Shown in pieces: positions 32,401 to 43,956 of a stretch of DNA of 64,000 bases. The stretch lies in NCBI GenBank assembly GCA_013416795.1, contig RQSC01001302.1, positions 1-64,000 of the forward strand. The letters run 5' to 3'. Source of the DNA: Prasinococcaceae sp. CCMP 1430 (taxonomy: Eukaryota > Plantae > Prasinodermophyta). The stretch's first letter is position 1. Each line of letters opens with the position of its first letter. The notes under the pieces are model-generated. The model saw nothing but the letters and a program-made list of their open reading frames with translations, had not been told where the DNA came from and did no database searches. The position numbers were made by a program, and so were the translations under genes.

Positions 32401-35400
32401 CGACACTTCGTTTTTCTCGATCTCGAGCTCGATGTTGCAGTTCGCGGCGTCCTCAACGACGGCGACGGTCGCGTAAGCGTTGTCATAGCCCGGGCAAACC
32501 ACTCGGCGCGTGTACTCGCCAGCAGGCAAGCGCACCTCATACTTTCCCTCAGTGTCAGTAGTGACGAGTGTCTCCTCACTGTCCGCATCAAGGAACGCGA
32601 GCTCGGACCCGCCGATCGGTTCACTGTCCCTGGAGTCAACAACGCACCCGCTCAGATCGTACTTGAGCGTCACAGCGCGTAGATCGTCGACCGCGACATC
32701 GTCGTCGTCCACGTCCGCTGCAGCTTCAGCTGAGGCGTGCGAGGTTGCGCTAGCCACTAGCGTGACCTTTGGGTGCTTTCCGTGCGCCACCGCCACGGTG
32801 TAGTTGCCGTCTTTGTCAGTCGTGGCAGTGGCAAGAAACTCGCCACTGCCCGCGTCTAGAGCCTTGACCTCAGCGCCCTCGAGAGGTCGATCTGACTCGG
32901 AGGAGCGCACTCGGCCCGATAGAAGGATGGGCTCGCGCACCAATTCAACGTCAAGTGCGCCGCCTGGCCCGACCGGGCCAGCGAGAGTCTCCTTGAGTGA
33001 CGCGGTGCCTTCTCTGTACCTCTCGGCGCGTACCACCGCGTGCACCGCTGCCGACGGCGGAAGCTTCCCGCAGCTCCACTCCCCCTCCGTGTTGGTGTCA
33101 CACTCCATGAGACCAGCGGCGGTGGTCACCGTGACGAGGGCGCCAGATATGGGCTTGCCTGTGGCAGCGTCAACCACCCTCCCCCCTACTGGGTAAACGA
33201 TGAATTCGAGCTCGAGGATGATTCCTCCACTAGGCGCCACTTGGCCTTTCTTCGGAGCGCTGCACGCTTGCACCAGCGGCCGGAACCCCTCCATTGATGC
33301 GCGCAGCACGCTCACGGCCCCGGCGCGTAGCTCGACGACGAAGATTCCGTCGGCGTCGGCTGTCACCGTATCGGCCTTGCCTTTGCCAAGGGACACGAGC
33401 GCCCCCGCAAGGGGTTGCCCTGTGCCAGCATCCTGCACGGTGCCAGTGACGCTAACCTTCGCTCCCCCGCGACGTACAAACAGCACCGCTCCGGCTGCCA
33501 ACAGCAGGCCCCCCACGGCACCGCCGGCGATCGGACCCAGGGGAAGGCCAGCTCCGGCAGTGGACTCATCGTCGATCGTGGGGCAGATATTGTGCACATC
33601 GCACTGCGAAGGCAGCAGCGTCTGCTGGCTGTCGGCACAGCAGCGCACAGACTGGCACATTTCGAGGTAGAAGTCGTAGATCAGCGCTGTATCAGCTCGG
33701 GGGTCATCAACCGTGATCTTTTGTACGGCCTCGACGAAGCTCTTGCGCGCGCCCACCCTGTCAATTGAAGCAATGAAGGCAGCATCACAGGTACATGATG
33801 CTGCCTGCCCACTGAACCAGGAGCGGAGCACGTGCTCCTCGTCGGTGCCCCCGACGCACTTCGACCGCATGATCGACACCGCCGTCATGCCATCATCGCC
33901 GTCCAGCATTCCAGTTCCTAAGCCAGTCCTCTGCGCCGACCCCCCGCCTGCGTCTGCACCCTCAGCCTCAGGCAGTGATGATGGGTCTGGCAGGAAGCCA
34001 CCCCACCATGGAAGGGGTGGGCTCGGGGGAGGAGTCGGCGGCGGAGACGGGGGCGGTGAAGGAGGCGGCAAAGGAGGCGGCGAAGGCGGGCTCGATGGCG
34101 GTGGCAGTGGCAGTGGTGGCTGTAACGGCGGTGGTGGGCCAGGAGGAGGTGGTGTCCAGAGCTCTGCCGGGCGGTCGTAGCGGTCTGCCTTTCTCGTGAA
34201 CCAGACAACGGCGGTATTGGATTTCCATCCGAGCACATAAACGATGCGGTCATTAGGATGCACTGCGACACCATGGACGGGAGCACTTCCCGCTGGTAAC
34301 TGTCCGGCATACTTGATTCGGCCGTCCATGGAACGCACCAGCGCGACGACAGTGCTCGCCTCGCCGCCAGGCACGTAAAGATTGCGCCCATCGCGCGTCG
34401 CCGCGATGCTCTGGACGTCATCAGAGAAGTCGGCAGAATTGGGCAGCTTCACTTGGGTAATGCGCTCGAGATTGCCGCGCCAATCCAGGTTCGAGCCGCG
34501 CTGGAACACGTCAACGTACGAGTTGGCGCCATTACGGAGGGCCAACACGTAAACGAACGACGGCGACATAGGCTTCATGGTGTGGTGGTTGCGGGTGGGA
34601 ACTTCGACAGCAGCCAGCGGCCTGTCCTTGACCTGCATGGTGTCGACATTTTGGTAGAAGATTGCACCCGTGCCGGCGTCTCGCGGATACGCCACCAGCA
34701 CGCCAGCGTCGTAGCCCAGCGCATACACGTACCTGCCGTCCGCACTCACCACCACCGATCGCGCATGGCGGGTGATATTTGTGACTGCGTTCCGGCTCTC
34801 ATCCACGGCGAGACACCTCCCATCCTCCAGAAGGTACTCTGAGCCGGGCATGGAGGGCGGCGGCGTCGGCGGCGGGTGGGGCGGCAGACTCGGGGGAGGC
34901 GGGATCGGCGGAGGTGGATGCGGCGGTGGGGACGGCGGCGGAGAAGGCGGTGACGACGGCGGTGGAGTGGGTGGCGGGCTTGGCGGCGGGCTCGGCGGGG
35001 GGCTCGGCGGAGGCCTTGGTGGCAGACTCGGCGGGAGGCTTGGCGGCGGGCTCGGCGGGGGGCTCGGCGGGCTGGGTGGTGGCGGCGAGCACAATCCCGT
35101 AGCTACGCACGGCGGCGGCGGACTCGGCGGCGGCCAGGGGGGTAACGGAGGCAGAGGTGGCGGGCTTGGCGGTGGCGAGGGCGGCGCGTTCGGCGGCGGG
35201 CTCGGAGCGTCCTTCAGTTGCGACCCCGCCGACGGCGTGGGCAACGCCGGCGTGGGCCCCGAGGCGGTGGGCTGGGCGGCGGGCTGGGTGGCGGGCTGGG
35301 CGGCGAGCTCGGAGGCGGGCTCGGAGGCGGGCTTGGGGGTACGGACGGAGGTGGGGATGGTGGTGGGCTTGGTGGTGGGCTTGGTGGTGGGCTTGGTGGT

Positions 35401-38005
35401 GGGTTCGGCGGTGAGGGGGGAGGCATCGGCCAGCCGAGAGCACCTGGTGGCAAAGGGGGCGGTGGGCTCGGCGGAGGACTTGGAGGCGGGCTTGGCGGTG
35501 GGCTCGGCGGCGGTGGGCTCGGCGGCGGTGGGCTCGGCGGAGGTGGGATTGGCGGAGGTTGGCTCGGCGGCGGGCTCGGCGGGGGTGGGCTCGGCGGCGG
35601 GCTCGGCGGAGGCGAAGTCGGAGGCATGCTCGGCACGGAGCTTGGAGGCGGGGGCGACGGAGAGTTCGGAGGAGGCGACGGGAACCCAATGTTTTGGAGC
35701 CTCGGAGGTGGACCCGACGGTGGCGATTGATAGTAGTAGTAGTCGTTCGGAGGCGGACCCGACGGTGGCGATTGATAGTAGTAAGAGTCGTAGGGTGGGG
35801 GGGCAGATCGAGTCGTCGCATTGCCAATGGTTGGTGTGTACTCATCAGCAGGACGTTCGAACACAAACGCGCTGCCTTCGCCGTCGCTGCCGCCAGACCC
35901 GTACGAGATCTTGTCATGAAATGCCCCAATCACTGCGGTGTCACCGGCCAAGGCGACGGCGTGGCCGAAATTGTCCGACGCCGCCCCGTTGTAGTAGTCG
36001 GTCGTTATCTCGTCCTTGTAGCGCCACTCCGTGCCATTCCGGTCGTAAGCATAGGCCGAGCCGCTGGCCGGTCCCCACACCCAGTGCGAGGGAGCCCCCA
36101 CGAGGAGCGTATCGCCAAACAACGCCACGGAGTACCCGAAACGATCGCCCTCATTGGGGTCGAAGGCCCGGACAATATCCTGTTTCCTCCACGTCGCGTC
36201 AGCTGCGCGCACAAAGATATGCACGCTGCCGGGGCTGCTCGCGTTGAAGTGATAGGCATGTTTGTGCGGCGCCACACCCACGGCAACTGTGTCTCCGTGA
36301 GCAGCGACGGCGACCTCGAAATCTCCGCCTGCCTGGTCGCTGACTGTCAAATTCGCCTCGTGACTCCAGTTGCCCTCGGTACCCCCTGGTGAACGCCGAA
36401 AGATGTAGGCCCGGGCGCGCTTCGGGTCGGCCGTTGGGTCTTGGGATGTTGACCCCGTGAAACGATTGTTTGTTCCGACCACGATGGTCTTCTTGTAGAG
36501 CGCCAGAGAGTGGCCGAATCGGTCATGCTTCTCGGGGGAGGATGCCACCAGCTTCTTCATGACGGACCACGTGGAGCCATCGCGATGGAAAACGTATGTG
36601 GCGCCTGCGTCTTCCAGACCGTTGTGGCGGTGCCTGGGGGCACCAACCACTGCGTACTTCGCAGACAGCGCCACAGCGTACCCAAAGTTGTCGCTTGTCT
36701 GCTCGTCCGAGGCCACGAGCTTCGCCTGCTGTGTCCATGCGCCGCCGCTGCGCTCGAAGACGTACGCGCAACCACCAGGGCCACAGCCAGTAGCACCGAT
36801 CAGCACCGTGCTGCCATCGGCCGTGATGGCAGAGCTCGCGCCAAAGTAGTCAAAGCGCGCCCCGTCCGTCGCGTTGAGCCTGGCTTCCTCGCTCCATGTT
36901 GCATCGGTCCCTGTTGTCGGCCGCACGAACACATACGCGCTGCCTGGCTTCAGACCAACGCCCGAACCAGCGTACGCCGTGACAATTGCGGTCTTTGCAT
37001 CGTCAGAGATTGCAACGCTGTTGCCAAAGTTGTCTCCCTGGCCCGCGTCGCTCGCGGTGAGCTTGGACCTTTCCTCCCAGACCAGCTGATACCATCTGTC
37101 GTACGGAGGAAATCCGTCCCGGACGTCGCTCGGCGCTTCCCACCAGGGAGGAGGAGCGCTCGGCGGCTCCGGGGGGGAAGGGGGCGCATCTGCTCTGGAG
37201 GAGACGAAGGCTGACTCAGGTACAAGCTGATGTCGATGGAGCTATCGAGTCCAGCGCCGTCCTGGATTTTAACATCGCTGTTGCTTTCGTTGGTCGACAT
37301 CACGGTCGTGATGAGCTCCACGGCGATGCTTCCAGCTGGGCCCGGCCAATGCGAGCCATCGCCTTGGCGGCGTCGCAGGTGCCCGACTGCCGCCCACGTG
37401 GAGTCCCCAATGCTGTCGGTGGTGAAATACACGTCGTGCCCGTCCGGGCTGACAGCCAGGCTGGTTGGATTCGCGAGGCACACGCTGCGGTTGTCCCCTC
37501 CTCTCACGTCGTAAGTCACTACCTGCGACTGACGGAGCTCGCCAAGGCCGTTTCGTGCGAGCGCCGCCAGCCTGCCTTTGCCATCACTGTCCGCACCCGC
37601 CAGGAAGAGGTAGGCTCCGTCTGGCGAAAACGCTATCGCTCGCGCGCTAGCGAAGCCATCCGGTAGGTAGCGCACGAGTTGCTTGGCTTCGCCAATTCCG
37701 TGGCCAATGCTCTCCTCCACCTCTGCCTTGACAACTTTGCCTTCGCCGAGCGCGGTGTGCAGCTCGAGACCCTCGGGGCTTACTACGCCACCCACAACAG
37801 TGATGTTGTCGGTGTCGTCGCTGTAGAGCAAGTGGTCTTTGTATGTGAGCGACGCACGCGCGCTGCGCGCAGACGCCGCAAGGGTGAGCGCCGCTGCGGC
37901 CACCACGGCAGCCCACACCGTGCCACCGAGCCGCGGCCTCCCACGAGAACCGGCGGCCCTGCAAGGGCAGAACGCCTTGGGCTCTGCCGCTCTGGCTCGC
38001 ACCAT
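29445..38005 (-). CDS. Giant (~2,800 aa) receptor/adhesin-like protein: signal or anchor - beta-propeller - FG-GAP propeller - extensin-like (SPPP)n - second propeller - Cys-rich segment - TM - 10 Cna-B/CarboxypepD_reg-like repeats - helical EF-hand-like tail
   Basis: Four collinear ORFs (36950..38401, 35214..36932, 30097..35244, 29445..30458). The intron at 30471-30600 joins in frame. Frame breaks occur near 37195 and 35265. FG-GAP units are DNFGYAVALS...VVGAP and DRFGYSVALFGDTLLVGAP. Propeller units are AFSPDGAYLF, AVSPDGHDVY and VVSADGRYVY. Confidence 0.7.
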
Positions 38006-38342
38006 CCCGCGAGCGCTGCCTGCGGCGGCGCGCGGCGCCGCCCGCCACGCTTGCAGGGAGCTATGGCCCGCGCGTGCCAAGCCACGGCGTCGCCTCCACT
38101 CTTGGCGGCGTGATCCCGCGCGCCGCGCGCCGCACGCGCGGAGCCCTCGAAGAAGGCGCAGTTCGACATCGCGGCAGGCGGGCAGCCGCGAGCGCGCCCG
38201 GACGGCGGGGGAACACAGCGCCGCCAACCGCCTCGCAGCGCGGCGCATGCCCAGCTCCCAAATCCGGCACGTCGAGACGGGAGGCTGCAGTGCGACACAT
38301 ATGTAAATAAATATCAAGTCACAATCGACCACGGGAGCGTAA

Positions 38343-39340
38343 TTACCGACCACCTGACTTCTTGGACGTCGCTGCATATCGGTATGGTGTCGGAATGTCA
38401 ATTAGACCCTGATATTCTAACCCTATTCCTGTATTTACTGTTAAGTGTCCGGCGTGAACCCTAATTATGGCGGGGCGTCGCGCAGCGCCTCGCGCCAGGC
38501 GCCCTCCCAGGCGCCCTCCCACGCGCCCTCCCCGGCGGCGCCCGGCGGCGGCTGCGCTGCCGCGGCCGTTGCCATCACCTCCTGCACCGGCGCCGGCTCC
38601 ACCCGCGCCGCCGTCTGTGTCGTCGCTTCCTGTGGTGCCGTACGAGTCGCTCCAACCCGACCCAGCCGCCGACGCGGCCTGCACAAGCCGGTGACGCAGA
38701 GTGACCTTGGTGCTGCTGCGCACGTCCCAGATGATCGTGGACGCGTCCTTGCTGGCCGTGGCCAGCATGGTGCCGCCATGGCTGAATTGCAGGTGCCACA
38801 CCTCGTCCGTGTGCCCCTCGAGCACCTGCGCGGTGACGTTCGGGATGTACGAGCCACTGTCTGTAGCGTCGGTCAGGAGCGAGAGGTGCGCGCGCGGCAC
38901 CCACGGGCAGGCCGCCTGCCTCGTCGCCAGTTGCGACTCGAGCAGCTCTTCGAGGCGCTGCTCGGGAAGGACGAGGTGGGGGGGCAGCAGCTCACGGAGG
39001 CGATCGAGTAGGGCCATGCGCCCAGCCTCCCCCGCGCCCTTCCATCCGAGCATCCTGGCCGCCGCCGAGCGCTCGAGCGCCTTGCCGCCTTTGGTGGCCA
39101 TGCACAGCGCGAGCTGTGCCATGGTAGGCAGCGCGGACCCCGTGGGCGGCGCATCAACCTCGGGCGAGCAGCCCTGCCTGAGCAGCCTCGCCAGCGCCAG
39201 CTCATCAACGTTGGCGGCCGCCTTGGCGGCAGCGGCCGCGGGGGCGAGCTCCTGGCGCAGGCACCTCATCGCCGCCGCCGTGTCACCCGAGTACAGCGCC
39301 TCGAGGTACTTCTGCTGCAGCAGGGCGAACCGCGCGGCGG
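38343..39340 (-). CDS. WDR26: WDR26/GID7-like CTLH-WD40 protein fragment (truncated at both ends)
   Basis: Motifs RFALLQQKYLEAL..G....AMRCLRQEL, LRELLPPHLVLPEQRLEELL and VLEGHTDEVWHLQFSHGGTMLATASKDASTIIWDV. The 5' end abuts the N at 39374, and no further WD repeats follow ~38700. Confidence 0.7.
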
Positions 39341-39386
39341 CCGCCGCAGCGGGCGGGTGCGCGCGCGCTCCCGNGGCGCAGGCGCG

Positions 39387-41011
39387 ATGGCCGCGCCTGG
39401 CGAGGCGTCCGAGGGCTTCCCGGCGGCGGCTGCGGCGCTGCGTGAGGCGGGCGACGCGTTCGTCGCCGTTGCGGCTGACGAGCTTGAGCTCGAGCGGGGC
39501 ACGACGGGCGGAGACGAGGCCGTGGAGGCGGCTGCGGGCCTCAGGGCGGCGTTCGGGGGCGTGGATGCAATCGCGGCTCTCTGCGAAGGCGCCGAGGGCG
39601 GAGTCGACGAGGTGGAGGCGTGCGCGCAGGCGGCGGAGCGCTGTGCGGCGGCTGCGTGGTTGGTCGCGCGCTCCGGCGCGGGCTGGTCGTCGCCCGCTTG
39701 GCGGGAGGCCTTCGTGCTGGGCTCTTGTTGCGGCGCGCTGGCGCGCGCGGCGCTCGCCCGACGAGCGAGGGAACGAGGGGAGGAGTGTGCCGGTGCGGAG
39801 GGGTGGGGCGCCCGCGCCCGTGCAGCGCTACGCGCGCTTGACACGGCCAGCGTGATGGGCGCACCGGCTGAGCTCTTCCTGCCGCTGGCGAGCGCGGTAG
39901 CCCCCCTCGTCGCCGCTGCTTCCGTCACCTCGGATGCGGACGGCCCGGACAGGGTATGCGACGCCTCCGACCGTCCCACCGAGCAGCCTGAGACCATTCC
40001 CTCGGAGCTCATGGACGCCGACGCGCCGGCGCTGTCTCTGCCGCCTGTGGCGGCGATCGAGCCAGAGGCAGCGGGGGGCGGAGGCCCGCGCGTGTACCCC
40101 GCCTCCGCGCTGAGGCCCTTCTGGGAGTCGGACTCACCGGTGGTCATGCGCGGTCTCGCCGCGCACTGGCCTGCCGTGCGAAAGTGGGCCGACCTGCGCT
40201 GGTGGACGCGCGAGCACGGCGCCCGCACGGTGCCCCTCGAGCTCGGCGAGCACGGCGGCGGGGAGTGGCGCGAGGAGCTGAGCACGCTGGGCGACTTCGT
40301 CGCGGCGTACCTCGCGCCCAGCGCGCGCGCAACCGCGGGCGAGGCGCCCGCGCGTGTGGGCTACATGGCGCAGCACCACCTGCTCGAGCAGCTGCCCTCG
40401 CTCATGGACGACATCGAGGTCCCCGATGCGTGCGCCGTGGGCGACTTGAGCAAGATCAACGCGTGGCTGGGCACCAAGGGCACGGTGTCGCCGTGCCACT
40501 TCGACTCGTACGACAACGTCTTCGTGCAGGTGTGCGGCTTCAAGCATATGCGGCTATACCCCTCAAGCCAGTCCAAGTACCTGTACCGCTGCAAGGGCGG
40601 CTGGAAGGGACAGCGCGCGTGGCCAAGTCCGGAGGAGCAGGCGAAGGTGCGCATGCGCGGGCGCGCCCGCCGGCGAGCGCGCGCTGGCGGGGGCGGAGCG
40701 TGCCGCGTGCCCGCGCGCCCCCGACCACCACCACCACCCGCGCGTGCTGCGCTTGCGCGCGCGACGCATCCCGCTGACATCGTCGATCCGCCGGCCTCGT
40801 GCAGGCGGCGGCGCAAGGAGGCGCCGCGCGCAAGGGGACCATATCTGCGGTCGACGTCGAGGCGCCCGACCTGGAGATGTTCCCGCTGTTCGCACAGGCC
40901 AAGGGCGTGGACGTGCTGCTCGCCCCGGGCGACGCGCTGTACCTCCCCGCGCGCTGCTGGCACCACGTGCGCGCCTGCACCGCAAGCATCTCGCTGAGCT
41001 TCCACATGTGA
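39387..41011 (+). CDS. JMJD5: JmjC 2-oxoglutarate oxygenase, JMJD5/KDM8-like; intron 40647-40804
   Basis: Motifs [72 protein letters not shown] and [15 protein letters not shown]. The H-x-D...H Fe ligands are present. Confidence 0.88.
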
Positions 41012-41466
41012 TCGGTGCCCGAGGCCGCGCCAACGGCGGCGCTGTAGCTCTCTCTAGTACTAGACTAGAGCTAGCTAGACTGCATGTAGACTAGAGTGCA
41101 CTCATGGTGATCGTAGGTACCACGCGCGCGAGATGGAAGCGACAGGGCAGCCTCGACGCGCCCGCCAGCCCTCAAGCCCGGCCGGCCTGCCGGCCCCAGA
41201 GTGCCTCGCCGCTTGACCTCTGCAGCGTGGCGCGCGGGGAGCGCTGAGGTGCCCTTTTCCTCCCCCCTCCGGGAGTGGGCGCAGCACAGGCCGCGCCCCG
41301 CCCGCGCGCGTGCGATTTTGAACTGTCGCGTACGTTGCGCCGTTCCCCCAGCGCGCGCGCGCGTGCGCTGGTGCGGCGCGGCGGCGGCGCGCCCCACACG
41401 CGGGCGCGGGCGCGCGTGCGTGCTTCGCGCCCGAGCGGGGGGAGGCAGAGCTCCATCGCGGCTGCG

Positions 41467-43851
41467 ATGTGCGAGACGCGGTCGTCGGAGCGCCGGCGCG
41501 AGCGCGCCGGCGCGAGCCCGCGGTGCCGGGAGCTGCCGGTGCCCGCTTTGGGCGCAGAGACGGAGGTTACGGGCACGCGACGCAGGCGGTCCGAGGTGCC
41601 GCAGCAGCTCGCCGTCACGCGCACGGCGATGCACGCGCGCGTGGCGCCTGTGGCCGATCGTGGCGCGCGGAAGCACCCCGCGCCGCGTTGCGCTTTTGGA
41701 CGCGCGGTGGTCACGCGTAAGGGCGGCGCGCGGGCGCGCCTCGGTGCCTCCGGCACCGCCGCCGCTGGTGAGGCGCCCGCCGCGGGGCGCGATGTTGACG
41801 CGCCCCTGAGCGCAGCCGAGTGCATCGCACTCTGGCCGCCGCTTGCAGACGCGTCGCCTGTCGAGCTCGGACACGCCCAGGCACACACAGATGGCGACGA
41901 GGGCTCGGCGGCTGCCTCTTGTACTGGTAGGCGATGGAGCTTCGGCCGCGTGACCATCCGCGCTGACTTCGAGAGCGCCAACCTCGCGCGGGTGCGCGCG
42001 CTCACCGAGAGGCAACGCGAGCGAATGGCACGCACAGCGGCAGAGGCGGCCGTCGCTGCCGGCGTGGCGCGCCGCTCAGCGGCGCTTTCGTCGCGCGCGC
42101 GCGCCGGCGTGCGCGGCGCACCCTCAGCAGTGGGCGGCGCTCCTCCAGCACTGGCGGGCGCGCCGAGCGGACCGCGATCCTTCCAGCTGTGGACGGCGCC
42201 CGACGCCGCGGGCTCGCCTTTTGAGACGACCCACCGCACGTGGTTTTGCTTTGGCGTGGCCGGCGCTGCGCTCGGAGAAACGCTGAGCTTCTCTGTGATG
42301 AACATGAACAAGCAGGGCAAGCTCTACAAGCACGGCTTCCGGCCAGTGTACAGGCACGCGAAAGCGCCGGCATCAACCCCGTGGCGGCGGCTGCGGCTGC
42401 CGGTGACTTTTGCGTCGAACGCCGATACCGGCATGGGCGTGCTCAAGTTCCGTCACAAGTTCGACCAGGAGGTCGGCGTTGATGCGCAAGCGAGCGCCAC
42501 GCCCTCAGCAGGAGGCACCTGCGGCGAGGTGCTCTTTGCCTTCGCCGTGCCATGGACCACTGTGGACGCTGCGCGCTCGCTCTCTGCGGCCATGCGCGTG
42601 CTGAGCGGTGAGAGCGTGACACTGCGCGAGCTCGTGTCGTGCGAGATGCCAACACACGAGCGTGGAAACGGCCAGCGCGCGGGCGAGCGTATGGGCGCAG
42701 GCGAAGGGGTGGACGGGGGCGCGCGGGCGGGCAATGAAAACAGCGACACTACGAATGTGGGAACCGTCTCGGGGAACACAAGCACTGGTGGCGCGCCTAA
42801 ACTGACACCCACGCCGCCGCCGGCCACACAAGCGACATGCGCAGCCGCGGGCGTGTCGGTGTCGCGCCGTGTGCTCGCGCGCTCGCTGCAGGGCCGCGAG
42901 GTGGAGCTCATTACCATCACCGAATCGGGATGCGACGCAGACGTCGACACGCGGCCGTCGTTCATCCTGACGTCGCGAGTGCACCCGGGCGAGACGCCGG
43001 CGTCGCACCTCTTCAACGGCGCCCTGTCCTTCCTGTTGCGCTCAGCACATGTCGACCCGCGCGCGGCTGAGCTGCGGCGACGCTTCGTGTTTGAGCTCGT
43101 GCCGATCCTCAACCCCGATGGCGTCGCGCTTGGCCACTACCGCTGCGACACGCGCGGCGCAAACCTCAATCGTACGTACGACGACCCCGATCCGTCAAAC
43201 GCGCCGGCCATAGCGGCGGTCAAGGCACTCGTCGCGCAACGGGCGGCGCAGGGGCGGTTGGGATTCTACCTGGACCTCCACGCGCACGCCAACAAGCGCG
43301 GAGTGTTTGCATACGGCAATGACCTGTCGGGTGGTGGCGATGGCGATCGGACTGGGGTTGCCGACGCCCACATTGAGAACGTGCTGTGGGCAAAGGTGGT
43401 GAGCCTAGGATGCGCACACTTTGACTTCGGGGCGTGCAACTTCTCTGAGCGCAACATGTGCTCAGTGGACAAGAGCGGCGAGTCCAAGGACGCAGCCGGG
43501 CGCGTGGTGTTTGCGCGCGAGTTTGGCTTGACGCACTGCTACACCATTGAGTGCAACTACGACTCCGCGAGGCTGATGAACGTCGTCGCGCCGGCGCGGG
43601 GGGAGGGCGCAAACAGAGGCGCCTCGCCGCCTTCCAGGACGCGCGTTCCCGTGCGCTTCGATGCGGCGATCATGCAATCAGTGGGGCGCGCGCTGCTCAT
43701 TGGCGTGCTCGAAGCGCGCGGCCTCAACCCATGGAGTCGCATCGCGGGGGGCGACTTCGGCTCCCTCTCAAAAGTGCGGCGGTGGGTTTCGGGCTCGCTG
43801 CTCGCTCGGCAGGAGCGGCGCAGCAACAAGCCCGTGCAGGTCATGGTATGA
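41467..43851 (+). CDS. AGBL5: Cytosolic carboxypeptidase 5 (tubulin deglutamylase, M14); start uncertain
   Basis: Motifs DFESANL, FQLWTAPDAAG..FET.HRTWF, SRVHPGETPASH, PILNPDGVALGHYRCDTRGANLNR, DLHAHANKRG, CNFSERNM and YTIECNY. The Zn ligands and catalytic Glu are present. Confidence 0.85.
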   Translation: MCETRSSERRRERAGASPRCRELPVPALGAETEVTGTRRRRSEVPQQLAVTRTAMHARVAPVADRGARKHPAPRCAFGRAVVTRKGGARARLGASGTAAAGEAPAAGRDVDAPLSAAECIALWPPLADASPVELGHAQAHTDGDEGSAAASCTGRRWSFGRVTIRADFESANLARVRALTERQRERMARTAAEAAVAAGVARRSAALSSRARAGVRGAPSAVGGAPPALAGAPSGPRSFQLWTAPDAAGSPFETTHRTWFCFGVAGAALGETLSFSVMNMNKQGKLYKHGFRPVYRHAKAPASTPWRRLRLPVTFASNADTGMGVLKFRHKFDQEVGVDAQASATPSAGGTCGEVLFAFAVPWTTVDAARSLSAAMRVLSGESVTLRELVSCEMPTHERGNGQRAGERMGAGEGVDGGARAGNENSDTTNVGTVSGNTSTGGAPKLTPTPPPATQATCAAAGVSVSRRVLARSLQGREVELITITESGCDADVDTRPSFILTSRVHPGETPASHLFNGALSFLLRSAHVDPRAAELRRRFVFELVPILNPDGVALGHYRCDTRGANLNRTYDDPDPSNAPAIAAVKALVAQRAAQGRLGFYLDLHAHANKRGVFAYGNDLSGGGDGDRTGVADAHIENVLWAKVVSLGCAHFDFGACNFSERNMCSVDKSGESKDAAGRVVFAREFGLTHCYTIECNYDSARLMNVVAPARGEGANRGASPPSRTRVPVRFDAAIMQSVGRALLIGVLEARGLNPWSRIAGGDFGSLSKVRRWVSGSLLARQERRSNKPVQVMV

Positions 43852-43956
43852 CATCGCATGGTACTACTGAATCATACTGTAGCCCTCTTACGCGGTCGTA
43901 GTGTACAGAGTGCCAGCGTGCGCGCGCGCGCCGTTGAAAAGGTTGCGCAAATGGCA

